A stretch of 64,000 nt of DNA, from contig JBDRKL010000012.1 of assembly GCA_043814055.1 (NCBI GenBank), positions 32,001 to 96,000 on the forward strand. Direction: 5' to 3'. Below are positions 17,759 to 26,936 of the stretch, piece by piece. How positions within the stretch are numbered: the stretch's first letter is position 1; every line of letters starts with the position of its first letter. Made by a program: the position numbers and the translations under genes. Origin of the DNA: an archaeon. Its GTDB lineage: Archaea; Undinarchaeota; Undinarchaeia; Undinarchaeales; JBDRKL01. The notes below the pieces were generated by a model. That model did not search any database. It worked only from the letters and a program-made list of their open reading frames with translations, and was not told the origin of the DNA.

Positions 17759-17870
17759 TTTTCAATCACCTCTCCGACTTTAAAATTTTAATCATATATA
17801 AAACTATTGCAACCTGTATGCAGTGAAGTTGCAGAAAAGGTTATTAAAGCATTAGGGCAAAATTGGCTGT

Positions 17871-18419
17871 ATGAAGCTCATTGTTGGAGTCACAGGAGCG
17901 TCTGGAATGCCTCTAGCCCAGCGGCTGCTTGAAGTTCTCGCTGAGAAAAAGGTTGAGGTTCATTTGATTGTTTCTGAGAGCGCGAAGAAAGTTATGGAGT
18001 TTGAGGAAACCAAGCTGGAGAATTTGGAGAAACTCGCTGCGGAAGTTCACAATGAGAAAGATATTTCGGCTTCAATCGCGTCCGGCTCGTTCAAGACGGA
18101 CGGTATGGTTGTGATTCCGTGCAGCATGAAAACCATTGGCGGCTTGGCGTCGGGCTACTCGGACAATTTGATTCTGCGCGCAGGGGATGTTTGTCTTAAG
18201 CAGGACAGGAAATTAATTCTTGTGCCGCGGGAGACTCCGCTGAGTTATATTCACTTGAAGAACTTGACCACACTGAAACAGGCCGGAGCTGTGATTCTGC
18301 CGCCGGTGGTGGCGTTCTACCAGAAGCCGCGCACTTTGGAGGATATGACAGATTTTATAATAGGCAAAGTCTTAGATTCGCTTGAGATTGAACATAAACT
18401 ATACGAGAGGTGGAAGTAA
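17871..18419 (+). CDS. ubiX: Flavin prenyltransferase UbiX
   Basis: GVTGASG, IASGS, PCSMKT, RETPL. Confidence 0.95.
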   Translation: MKLIVGVTGASGMPLAQRLLEVLAEKKVEVHLIVSESAKKVMEFEETKLENLEKLAAEVHNEKDISASIASGSFKTDGMVVIPCSMKTIGGLASGYSDNLILRAGDVCLKQDRKLILVPRETPLSYIHLKNLTTLKQAGAVILPPVVAFYQKPRTLEDMTDFIIGKVLDSLEIEHKLYERWK

Positions 18420-19676
18420 ATGAAACCATTGAACTTTCAACAGGCAGTTGAGAAGCTCCGCGAGAAAGGAATGCTTGAGGTTGTTTCAGAAGAGCGCAGC
18501 ATTGGAGAAATCGCTGAGAAGATTAAGGACTTGAAGCCGATTCTTTTTGAGAATACCGGGACAGATTATAAGGTTGCTGCGAACGTTTGTGGCAAGGAAC
18601 TTTTTGAAGCTTACTTTGACGCGCCTTGGAAAGATATCCGCGCGCAGTTTGGGAAAGCTGCTGGAAGTCCTGGCACGGTTGAAGCAACTGACGAGTTTCC
18701 GTTTGAGGAAACCGATGATGATTTTGAAAGCCTGCCGATTCCAATGTACTACAAAGGCGACGGCGGGAAATACATCACTGCAGGGGTTTTCGTGATTGAG
18801 CAGGATGGGGTGAGGAATTTGTCTTATCACAGGACTATGATTGTTGACGGCAAGACCGCGGTTGTGCGGTTGTGCAAGAGGCATTTGTGGGACGCGTATG
18901 AGAAGAATGGGAATGAATTGGATGTGGCGATTTGCATTGGATTAGATCCTGCGCTTCTTTCAGTTGCATCTTTCTCCACCAAGGAGCCGATGGATGAGAC
19001 TGAGATTGCAGCAGGGTTCTATGAACAGCCGCTGAAGATGGTCAAGATGAGCAACGGGATTTCAGTTCCGCGCTGTGCAGAGATTGTGATTCTTGGAAAG
19101 ATTACAAAAGAGCAGGCAAAGGAAGGGCCATTTGTTGACTCAACCGGAACTATGGACGGGGAGAGGCAGCAACCGGTGTTCAAACTTGAGAAAGTTCTGC
19201 GCAAGAAAGATGCGATATTCTATGCACTCGTGCCAGGCCGCGGAGAGCACTCATTCCTGATGGGTGTGAGCAAGGAGCCGATTTTGTTCAACGAGATTGC
19301 AAAGGTCGCGGACATTCAGGATATTTCATTCGCAGACGGCGGGATAGAATGGATGGGCGCTGTGGTGAGCATCAAGAAGAAGTCTGATGCTGATGTGAAG
19401 AAAGTTATTGAAACCGCGTTCGCTACACACAAGAGCCTGAAGCACGTCTGGGTGTTTGATGAGGACATTGACCTGCTGAACCATATGGACCGCGAATGGG
19501 CGTTCACTACGCGGTTCCAGGGCGACAAGGACATTTACACTTATCCAGGCGAGCCAGGGTCAAGCCTTGACCCGAGCTCAGAGCCAGGTGATGACAGGAG
19601 AAATACGTGCAAGGTTGGGTTTGACTGTACGATACCGATGGGGAAGGACAAGAAGGACTTTGAGAAGGTGGCGTGA
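18420..19676 (+). CDS. UbiD-family decarboxylase, likely trans-anhydromevalonate 5-phosphate decarboxylase
   Basis: DGGKYITAG, NLSYHR, EGPFVD, DEDID, SSLDPS; next to ubiX, AcnX and mvk. Confidence 0.88.
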   Translation: MKPLNFQQAVEKLREKGMLEVVSEERSIGEIAEKIKDLKPILFENTGTDYKVAANVCGKELFEAYFDAPWKDIRAQFGKAAGSPGTVEATDEFPFEETDDDFESLPIPMYYKGDGGKYITAGVFVIEQDGVRNLSYHRTMIVDGKTAVVRLCKRHLWDAYEKNGNELDVAICIGLDPALLSVASFSTKEPMDETEIAAGFYEQPLKMVKMSNGISVPRCAEIVILGKITKEQAKEGPFVDSTGTMDGERQQPVFKLEKVLRKKDAIFYALVPGRGEHSFLMGVSKEPILFNEIAKVADIQDISFADGGIEWMGAVVSIKKKSDADVKKVIETAFATHKSLKHVWVFDEDIDLLNHMDREWAFTTRFQGDKDIYTYPGEPGSSLDPSSEPGDDRRNTCKVGFDCTIPMGKDKKDFEKVA

Positions 19677-20476
19677 GGATGGATTTGCATAGTGAGACAG
19701 CAAATGAGCAAAAACGGCTTGAGTACCTGAGAGGCATTCTTCAAAAACTTGAAAAATGCCAGGGATATTGGGAAAAAGTAGCAAGTGCTGTTGTAGATTC
19801 AAATAAATACAAAATTGGTGCATTTTTAAAAGAGAATAAAGAGCTGGGACGGGATGTCGAACAGATTATGATTACAGAGCTGAACGACGACCCTGGACTA
19901 AACAACGGTAATTACCTGTGGATGCTAAAGCTCACATATAAATTATATGAGGAGATTAATAGGATACTAGGGAAGGCGGACTCAGACGAGATTACTAATA
20001 TAGATGCAGATGCGAAAATTAAGAGTTTGTACCGCAGGACGAAGATGTTGCGGGTAAAGGAACTTCGAAAAATCAAGACACGCCCTGTGCCGGAATCTGC
20101 GCATGGAATGACATTAGAACTTTTGAAAGCACTCAACAAGGAAATTTCTAGAATCACTGAGGAAATAGAAAGGGAACAGAACAAGCTTGAAAAACTTGAG
20201 AATAGGCGGAAGAAGGCATCCTTGACGAAGAAAAGGAAACCCAAAACCCCTGAGAAACTCCACCCAAAAGGTATGGAGCTTGAGGATCTCCGCGCTCTTG
20301 TTTTGAAAAAATACCAGTGGTACATGAGGTATATGAACGACGAGCAGGAGTTCCCAAGCTTCACAGAAGATAGTATAAAGAATGCGGAAAAAAAGTATAC
20401 GTTGGTGGATATGAACAAGGAGATGGACTTCCTGCTTAAGCACAAGAGCAGGAAGGATTTTGAAGAGGAAGCGTAG
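19673..20476 (+). CDS. Hypothetical charged/coiled-coil protein
   Basis: 267-aa ORF overlapping the UbiD stop; K/E-rich helical composition. Confidence 0.65.
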   Translation: MRMDLHSETANEQKRLEYLRGILQKLEKCQGYWEKVASAVVDSNKYKIGAFLKENKELGRDVEQIMITELNDDPGLNNGNYLWMLKLTYKLYEEINRILGKADSDEITNIDADAKIKSLYRRTKMLRVKELRKIKTRPVPESAHGMTLELLKALNKEISRITEEIEREQNKLEKLENRRKKASLTKKRKPKTPEKLHPKGMELEDLRALVLKKYQWYMRYMNDEQEFPSFTEDSIKNAEKKYTLVDMNKEMDFLLKHKSRKDFEEEA

Positions 20477-20477
20477 C

Positions 20478-21449
20478 ATGGCAGAAGGCAGTGGCTTTGG
20501 AAAAGTGATTTTGTTCAACGAGCACTTCGTTGTTTATGGAGTTCCAGCTATTGCGAGCGCGATTTCTAACAAGACTGTTGCAAAGGTTACTGAAGCTGAG
20601 AGCCTGAAGCCGAGTGGCAACGAGGGCTCAATGGTCGGGAACGGCTGGGTGCTTGAGGACAACAGGGATGCGAACGAGGGCTATAAAACCAAGAAGCTTG
20701 AGCACCAGAAAGAATCAATTGAGCTTGTCCTGAACGCTGCAGATTTTATTGCAGATGAAACTCCAATTAAGATTGAGCTCGGCGGGGACTTGAAAGCCGT
20801 GGGCGGAGTTGGGGCGAGCGCTGCGGTCTGCGTTTCAATCGCGCGGGCTTTGAGCAAGGAATTTGAACTGGGCTTTGATGATGATAAAATAAATGAGATT
20901 GCCTATGAAGGAGAAAAAGCATATGCTGGAACCCCTAGCGGGATTGACAACACTGCTTCAACTTATGGCGGGCTTCTGTGGTTTGTGAAGAATACTGAGG
21001 GCGGGGCTAACACAATGGATTTGATGGAGCTCAAGGAGCCTTTGGAAATTGTGATGGGAAATACTGGGATTACTACTGATACCAAAGCAGCGGTTGAGGG
21101 AGTTCGGGAAAGGAAAGAGGGGAATCCTGAGTATGAGAAAATATTTGCGCGGGCGCACGAGCTTGGGAAAGAAGCGCTCATCGCGTTGAATGATTTTAAT
21201 TTGGAGAAAGTTGGGGCGTTGATGAATGAGAATCACGGAATGCTTCAGAAGATTGGAGTTTCGCACGAGAAGCTTGACGAGCTCGTGGAAATTGCGCAGG
21301 AGAACGGAGCTCTTGGAGCGAAGATGACTGGCGGCGGAATGGGCGGATATATGCTTGCGCTTACTCCGGGCAAGGAACTGCAGGAGAAAGTTGCGAAGGC
21401 GATGGAAGACACGGGTTATGAAGCTTTGAGGACTAAGATTGGGGTTTAA
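20478..21449 (+). CDS. mvk: Mevalonate kinase
   Basis: GKVILFNEHFVVYG, GGVGASAA, GTPSGIDN, GAKMTGGGMGG. Confidence 0.9.
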   Translation: MAEGSGFGKVILFNEHFVVYGVPAIASAISNKTVAKVTEAESLKPSGNEGSMVGNGWVLEDNRDANEGYKTKKLEHQKESIELVLNAADFIADETPIKIELGGDLKAVGGVGASAAVCVSIARALSKEFELGFDDDKINEIAYEGEKAYAGTPSGIDNTASTYGGLLWFVKNTEGGANTMDLMELKEPLEIVMGNTGITTDTKAAVEGVRERKEGNPEYEKIFARAHELGKEALIALNDFNLEKVGALMNENHGMLQKIGVSHEKLDELVEIAQENGALGAKMTGGGMGGYMLALTPGKELQEKVAKAMEDTGYEALRTKIGV

Positions 21450-22643
21450 ATGAACTTAACAAAAGACGAAGAGGCAATGCTCAATGGAGAGCATGGGAAC
21501 GCGAAGAAAAAGTCAATGGAAATTCTAGTTGCGCTGGGGAAGATTTTTGGAGCTGAGCGGTTGATTCCTGTAAAGAGTGTTCAAGTTGCAGGGGTTTCAT
21601 ATTCAAATTTAGGCGAGCCAGGCTTGGAGTACTTGTCCGAGCTTGCGAAGGATGGTAAGGTTGAAGTTTTGACTACGCTGAATCCAGCAGGGATGGATTT
21701 GAAGAACTGGGAAGAATTGGGGTTTGCGCCTGAGTTTGCTGAGAAGCAGAAGCGAGTTATTAATGCGTTCACTGCGATGGGGATTCAAGCGACTTGCACC
21801 TGCACTCCTTATTTGATTGGTAACAAGCCAAAGCTTGGCGAGCACATTGCGTGGAGTGAGTCGAGCGCGGTGACTTATGCGAACTCTATGCTTGGCGCGA
21901 GGACTAATCGGGAAGGTGGGCCGAGCGCTTTGGCTGCGGCGCTGACTGGGAAAACGCCTGAGTATGGTTTGCACTTGGATGAGAACAGGAAACCGCATAT
22001 TCATTTTAAGGTTGAAGTGAAATTGGAAAAGCTTTCGGACTATGGGGCTTTGGGCTATGCGATTGGACAGAAGTGCGAGAACAAGATTGCTTATATCAGC
22101 GGCGTGGAAAAGCCGAGTGTGGATGAGCTCAAGACACTCTGTGCTTCGATTGTAACTTACGGAGCTCAGCCGATTTTCCATATGGAAGGGGTTACACCTG
22201 AAACTACAAACTACGAACTACCAACTACAAACTACACAATCACAGAGGCAGACATCAAAGAAGCCTACGAGGCGTTGACTGATGAAGGAACTGATGTTGA
22301 CTTTGTAAGTATTGGTTGTCCGCACGCGAGCATTGAGGAGATTGAAAAAGTTGCAGAGCTGTTGGAAGGTAAACAGGTTAAGGTTGATACTTGGATTGCA
22401 ACTGCGCGGCCTATCAAAGTTGAAGCAGACAAGTTGGGCTTTTCAAAAACTATTGAAGATGCAGGAGCGAAGTTTTCGTGCGATACCTGTATGGCAGTAG
22501 CTCCGCTCAAGGGCAGGTTCAAAACTTGTGCGACTACGAGCGCGAAGGCGTGCTACTACGCGAGGAACAAGAACGCGATGAAGATGCGGATTGGAAGCTT
22601 GGAGCAATGCATTGATGCGGCGGTGAGTGGGGAATGGAGATGA
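21450..22643 (+). CDS. Aconitase X catalytic subunit (phosphomevalonate dehydratase large subunit)
   Basis: GVSYSNLG, CTCTPY, WSESSA, GARTNREG, GCPH, DTC, TTSAK. Confidence 0.92.
   Translation: MNLTKDEEAMLNGEHGNAKKKSMEILVALGKIFGAERLIPVKSVQVAGVSYSNLGEPGLEYLSELAKDGKVEVLTTLNPAGMDLKNWEELGFAPEFAEKQKRVINAFTAMGIQATCTCTPYLIGNKPKLGEHIAWSESSAVTYANSMLGARTNREGGPSALAAALTGKTPEYGLHLDENRKPHIHFKVEVKLEKLSDYGALGYAIGQKCENKIAYISGVEKPSVDELKTLCASIVTYGAQPIFHMEGVTPETTNYELPTTNYTITEADIKEAYEALTDEGTDVDFVSIGCPHASIEEIEKVAELLEGKQVKVDTWIATARPIKVEADKLGFSKTIEDAGAKFSCDTCMAVAPLKGRFKTCATTSAKACYYARNKNAMKMRIGSLEQCIDAAVSGEWR
22201..22235 (+). repeat. Heptamer tandem repeat (NAACTAC)x5 inside the AcnX gene
   Basis: aaactac aaactac gaactac caactac aaactac, encoding TTNYELPTTNY. 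Confidence 0.85.
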
Positions 22644-22930
22644 AAGAGCAGATAAAGAATTTCTTAATGCCGGATTTGAAGAGGGTTGTACTATTTTCCC
22701 TAATCAGTCTAGGCATGTATATTATAGCTTTTCATATTTTTAAGGGGTATTTAGCAACTTATGGCTACCCATTGCCATTCGGTTATGCTAAGACAGTGCC
22801 GGGAAGCATATTTGCAGGCCCATTGTATATAGCTTGGAGCATACCGAATATACTGGCGAATCTCTTGATTTATTACTTGATTGCGTGCCTATTTTCTTTT
22901 GCTTATGAGAATCTGCGAGGTTCAAAATGA
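22640..22930 (+). CDS. Small membrane protein
   Basis: Two hydrophobic segments, YGYPLPF motif; overlaps both neighbours. Confidence 0.7.
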   Translation: MKEQIKNFLMPDLKRVVLFSLISLGMYIIAFHIFKGYLATYGYPLPFGYAKTVPGSIFAGPLYIAWSIPNILANLLIYYLIACLFSFAYENLRGSK

Positions 22931-23310
22931 AAGGCAGAACAATAGTTAAAGGAATCGCAGAAGGCATTGCCCTGGTCAGCCAAGAGCCCATCTCATTCTA
23001 CGGCGGAGTTGACCCGGACACTGGAATTGTGGTTGAAAAAGGGCATGCCCTTGAAGGAAAAGAACTGACTGGGAAGATTCTCGTGTTCCCGCAGGGCAAA
23101 GGGAGCACAGTCGGGTCCTATGTTATTTACGCGCTGAAGAAAAATGGCAAGGCGCCTGCGGCGATTGTTTGCAGGGAAACCGAGACCATTGTCGCGGTCG
23201 GGGCGATTATCGCAGAGATTCCAATGGTGGATAAAGTAGATATATCAGGAATTAATAGTGGCGATAAGCTTAAAGTGGATGGAGACCAAGGGGAAGTAAT
23301 CATATTATGA
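22927..23310 (+). CDS. Aconitase X swiveling subunit (DUF126; phosphomevalonate dehydratase small subunit)
   Basis: ISFYGGVDPDTG, GKGSTVGSY, KAPAAI. Confidence 0.93.
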   Translation: MKGRTIVKGIAEGIALVSQEPISFYGGVDPDTGIVVEKGHALEGKELTGKILVFPQGKGSTVGSYVIYALKKNGKAPAAIVCRETETIVAVGAIIAEIPMVDKVDISGINSGDKLKVDGDQGEVIIL

Positions 23311-24215
23311 TAAAAGCATCTGCACCTTCAAAATTAATGCTGTTTGGGGAGCACGCGCTACTCTACGGCGAGCCCGCGATAGCCACTGCGGTTGACAAGC
23401 GGGCGCACGTCACAGCCTGCGAACTTGAAAAGCCGCGGATTGTGATTGAGCGCAAGGAATCAGATGAGAGCATAGATATTTCTATCAAAGACAAGTCAGA
23501 CCACCCAATTGCAAAAGCTGTCCAGGCAACGTTGAAGCACCTTAACAAGAATGTCGGCATTGGAATTGAAATTGACAACGGCGTCACGGACAGCGCTGCC
23601 ATAATCAGCGCGACCACGGGCGCAGTGATGAAGCTTCTTACTGACAACTTGATAAAGCCCGAGGTGGCTGAGGTCTCGTATGAAACAGGAAAACTGCTGA
23701 ACAACGGAACGAATGGCATAGACAGCACTGTCACGACTTTTGGGGGCACTGTCATGTTTGAGAAGGGGCAGGGCAGGACTGTTCCAATTCATAATGACCT
23801 GAGCTTTGTCATAGGAGACACAGGAATAAGGAGCGACCCGAACGAGCTTATTGCAAAAATAAAGACAGTGGCGGAGGACCCAAAAGTTGCGCTCATGGTA
23901 TTCAGCATCGGCTCGCTTGTGCGGCGCGCGAATAACGCGCTCATAGCAGGGAACCCGCTTGAGATTGGCCGTCTGATGGATATGAACCACGTGTTTCTCA
24001 GGAATCTTGGCGTGAGCAACCAGTCGCTGGAAAACATAATTGAAGCGGCGAAGGAGACCGGCGCATTCGGAGCCAAGATAACAGGGACAGGCGGCGAGGG
24101 CACGGTAATTGCGCTCACAGACAAGCCAAACGAAGTTGCAAAGGCGATGAAAGAGGCGGGAGCAGTGAAAGCATTCTCAATAAAAAGCAACCAGGAGGGA
24201 GTGAGAATTGAATAA
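23307..24215 (+). CDS. Second mevalonate-kinase-like GHMP protein with degenerate ATP loop
   Basis: APSKLMLFGEHALLYGEPAIA, NGIDS, GAKITGTGGEG; the PxGxGLGSSAA motif is reduced to NGVTDSAA. Confidence 0.8.
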   Translation: MIKASAPSKLMLFGEHALLYGEPAIATAVDKRAHVTACELEKPRIVIERKESDESIDISIKDKSDHPIAKAVQATLKHLNKNVGIGIEIDNGVTDSAAIISATTGAVMKLLTDNLIKPEVAEVSYETGKLLNNGTNGIDSTVTTFGGTVMFEKGQGRTVPIHNDLSFVIGDTGIRSDPNELIAKIKTVAEDPKVALMVFSIGSLVRRANNALIAGNPLEIGRLMDMNHVFLRNLGVSNQSLENIIEAAKETGAFGAKITGTGGEGTVIALTDKPNEVAKAMKEAGAVKAFSIKSNQEGVRIE

Positions 24216-25002
24216 CGGAAAGGATTTAGTTTTCATAAAGCTGGGAGGTTCTGCAATAACTTTCAAGGACCAGCCAGGGAAGGCGAATTTTAAAGTGCTT
24301 GACAGGAGCGCGGCGGAGATTGCAGAAATTGCCATAGATTATAATTTATTGGTCGGCCACGGCGGAGGTTCGTTTCCGCACCCGGTCGCACAGGAGTACA
24401 AGGTGCAGGAGGGAATTAAGATATGCGGAACAAAAGGATTCGTGGAGACGCAGAATGCGGTGCGCAAGATTAACTCTCTCGTGGTGAAGAGTCTTGTGGA
24501 CAAGGGAGTTCCTGTTGTTCCTATACAAACCTCCGCGTGCGCTGTGATGTCAAAGGGCGAGATAACCGAGATGTATCTTGACCCGATAAAAGAGGCGTTA
24601 AAGAACAGGATGGTTCCTGTGCTAAATGGGGACGTGCTATTTGACCTGACAACAGGCTGCGGCATAGCTTCCACTGAGATGATATTTAATTACCTTGCGA
24701 AAAAGCTCGGGCCAAAGCGCATCATACTTGGGGCGAATGTTGACGGGGTTTACGCAGGCGGGGCTGATGGCGGCAAGCTCATAGCAAGAATAGACAAGAA
24801 CAACAAGCGGAAAATTATTGAAGAACTTAAAGAAGTTGAGCCAGCAGTCCCGGATGTTACTGGAAGCATGGCTCACAAGGTTGAAGAGCTTTATAATTTG
24901 AGCAAACTGGATATTGGAATACAAATAGTAAACATGCTGAAGGAGGGGTACCTGAAAAGGGCAGTGCAAGGCGAGCACCTGGGCACTATTATTCACGTGT
25001 AA
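24208..25002 (+). CDS. ipk: Isopentenyl phosphate kinase
   Basis: IKLGGSAITFK, HGGGSFPH, NGDV, DVTGSM..K. Confidence 0.92.
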   Translation: MNNGKDLVFIKLGGSAITFKDQPGKANFKVLDRSAAEIAEIAIDYNLLVGHGGGSFPHPVAQEYKVQEGIKICGTKGFVETQNAVRKINSLVVKSLVDKGVPVVPIQTSACAVMSKGEITEMYLDPIKEALKNRMVPVLNGDVLFDLTTGCGIASTEMIFNYLAKKLGPKRIILGANVDGVYAGGADGGKLIARIDKNNKRKIIEELKEVEPAVPDVTGSMAHKVEELYNLSKLDIGIQIVNMLKEGYLKRAVQGEHLGTIIHV

Positions 25003-25003
25003 A

Positions 25004-26053
25004 ATGGCAAGCAAAACTGAGAACAGAAAACTGGACCACATCAACATATGCTCTGATGAGGGCGTTGAGGCGAAGGAGAAGAGCACAATGCTTGAGCTCG
25101 TGGACTTTGTGCACGAGGCGCTTCCTGAGATAAATATTGATGAAATTGATTTGTCAGTTGAGCTGTTCGGGAAAAAACTCAACGCGCCAATCATAATCAG
25201 CGCAATGACCGGCGGGCACGCAGTAGCTGAAAAAATAAACAAAAACCTCGCGAAGGCGGCGCAGAAGCTCGGGGTCGGGTTTGGGGTTGGCTCGCAGAGG
25301 GCGATGATTGAGGATGAAAAGCTCGCATACACTTACCAGGTGCGGGATGTTGCACCGGACATACTTGTGATTGGGAATATTGGCGCGCCACAGATTCGCG
25401 AATATGAAAAAGGCGAGGTGCAGAAAGCGGTTGAGGATATTGAAGCGGATGTTCTCGCAGTGCACTTGAACGCATTGCAGGAAGTGATACAGCCGGAGGG
25501 CGACACGGATTTCAAGGGATTCGCTGATGATATTGGAAAGCTTGTGAAGAAAATGAAAGTGCCGGTGATTGTAAAGGAAACCGGAGCTGGAATTTCAAAA
25601 GAGGCGGCTAAAGAGCTGATAGAAAAAGGAGTCGCAGGCATAGACACTGGCGGGGCAGGAGGAACTTCCTTCGCAGCGGTTGAATACAAGCGGACCAAGG
25701 GAAAGGACACGGGCTTGTGGGACTGGGGCATACCAACCGCAGCCTCAATACTTGAGGTCAGGAGCGTTTCAAAAGACATCCCGCTTATTGCAACAGGAGG
25801 AATACGGACAGGGATGAGTGTTGCAAAGACGATTGCGCTCGGCGCGGACGCGGCGGGAATTGGATTGCCTCTGCTCAACGCGGCAAGGGAAAGCTCGGAG
25901 AAAGTTGAGGAAGAGCTTGAAAAAATAATTGACAGCCTGAAAAAAGCCATGTTCCTGACAGGTTCTGCCAGCTTGGGAGAATTGAAGAAGAAAAAAATTG
26001 TCCTCAAAGGCGAACTATATAACTGGGCAGTGCAAAGGGGGCTGAATGGCTAA
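25004..26053 (+). CDS. fni: Type 2 isopentenyl-diphosphate delta-isomerase
   Basis: RKLDHI, AMTGG, GSQR, HLNALQE, KETGAG, GAGGTSF. Confidence 0.96.
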   Translation: MASKTENRKLDHINICSDEGVEAKEKSTMLELVDFVHEALPEINIDEIDLSVELFGKKLNAPIIISAMTGGHAVAEKINKNLAKAAQKLGVGFGVGSQRAMIEDEKLAYTYQVRDVAPDILVIGNIGAPQIREYEKGEVQKAVEDIEADVLAVHLNALQEVIQPEGDTDFKGFADDIGKLVKKMKVPVIVKETGAGISKEAAKELIEKGVAGIDTGGAGGTSFAAVEYKRTKGKDTGLWDWGIPTAASILEVRSVSKDIPLIATGGIRTGMSVAKTIALGADAAGIGLPLLNAARESSEKVEEELEKIIDSLKKAMFLTGSASLGELKKKKIVLKGELYNWAVQRGLNG

Positions 26054-26936
26054 GAAAAAGGGCGTGGAGAAGATAGAGGTTACACTTGCGGAGAAGGCAA
26101 AAACGCTCATTGAGATAACCCGGCCGGTGAACTGCGGAATGATAGGAATTTCAGTTGCCATCGCAATGTGGGTTGGGTTTGGAGGAATGCCTCTGTTTGT
26201 CCTGCTGATTGCTGCGCTGGTGGCTGCGATAGGCATAAACGCCGCAGGGAACGCGCTTAATGATTATTATGACATTGATATTGACAGGATAAACAAACCG
26301 GGCAAGGCGCTTCCATCAGGGAAGATAACCAAGGTTGGGCTTTGGATTTATGCCACTTTGTTGTTCGCTATGGGAAATACGGTTGCGATGCTCTACTTGA
26401 CCAAAATCCCAATAATAATTGCAGTAATTAATTCTGTCCTCCTCATAGTCTATGCGATAAAAGTCAAGAAGTCAGGATTCCTGGGGAACATAATGATAAG
26501 CTACCTTGTTGCTTCTGTGTTTGCGTTCGCGGCCGCGGTTGTTGACGCGCTCATGATAGGAATATTCCTTTCAATAGCTGCGTTCTTCACGAATGCAGCA
26601 CGTGAAATTCTGAAGGACCTTGAGGATGTCAGGGGGGACGAGCTTGGCGGAGCGCAGACGCTTCCGCTAGCAGAGGGCGGCAAAAAGACCATGATAGTTG
26701 TTGCGTCATTCCTGATACTCGCGATAATATTGAGCCCGCTGCCATACCTGCTTGAAATACTTTCAATGTACTACATAGCAATAATACTCGTGGCTGACAC
26801 AATATTGCTCGGTGTGATATACTCAGTCCTGAATAAGCGGACAAGAAAAAGCGCCACGGTCAACCAGAGGCGCATAAAGTTCGCAGCGATAATAGGAATT
26901 CTCGCGTTCCTCGCGGGAACTGTTCCATGGCCATAA
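26046..26936 (+). CDS. Digeranylgeranylglyceryl phosphate synthase (UbiA family)
   Basis: RPVN, NDYYDIDIDRINKP..PSG, REILKDLEDVRGD; multiple TMs. Confidence 0.92.
   Translation: MAKKKGVEKIEVTLAEKAKTLIEITRPVNCGMIGISVAIAMWVGFGGMPLFVLLIAALVAAIGINAAGNALNDYYDIDIDRINKPGKALPSGKITKVGLWIYATLLFAMGNTVAMLYLTKIPIIIAVINSVLLIVYAIKVKKSGFLGNIMISYLVASVFAFAAAVVDALMIGIFLSIAAFFTNAAREILKDLEDVRGDELGGAQTLPLAEGGKKTMIVVASFLILAIILSPLPYLLEILSMYYIAIILVADTILLGVIYSVLNKRTRKSATVNQRRIKFAAIIGILAFLAGTVPWP

Noticed and set aside
17808-17833. TGCAAC-N14-GTTGCA between the ferredoxin and ubiX promoters
   Set aside because: It is a single 6-bp dyad with no second instance seen.
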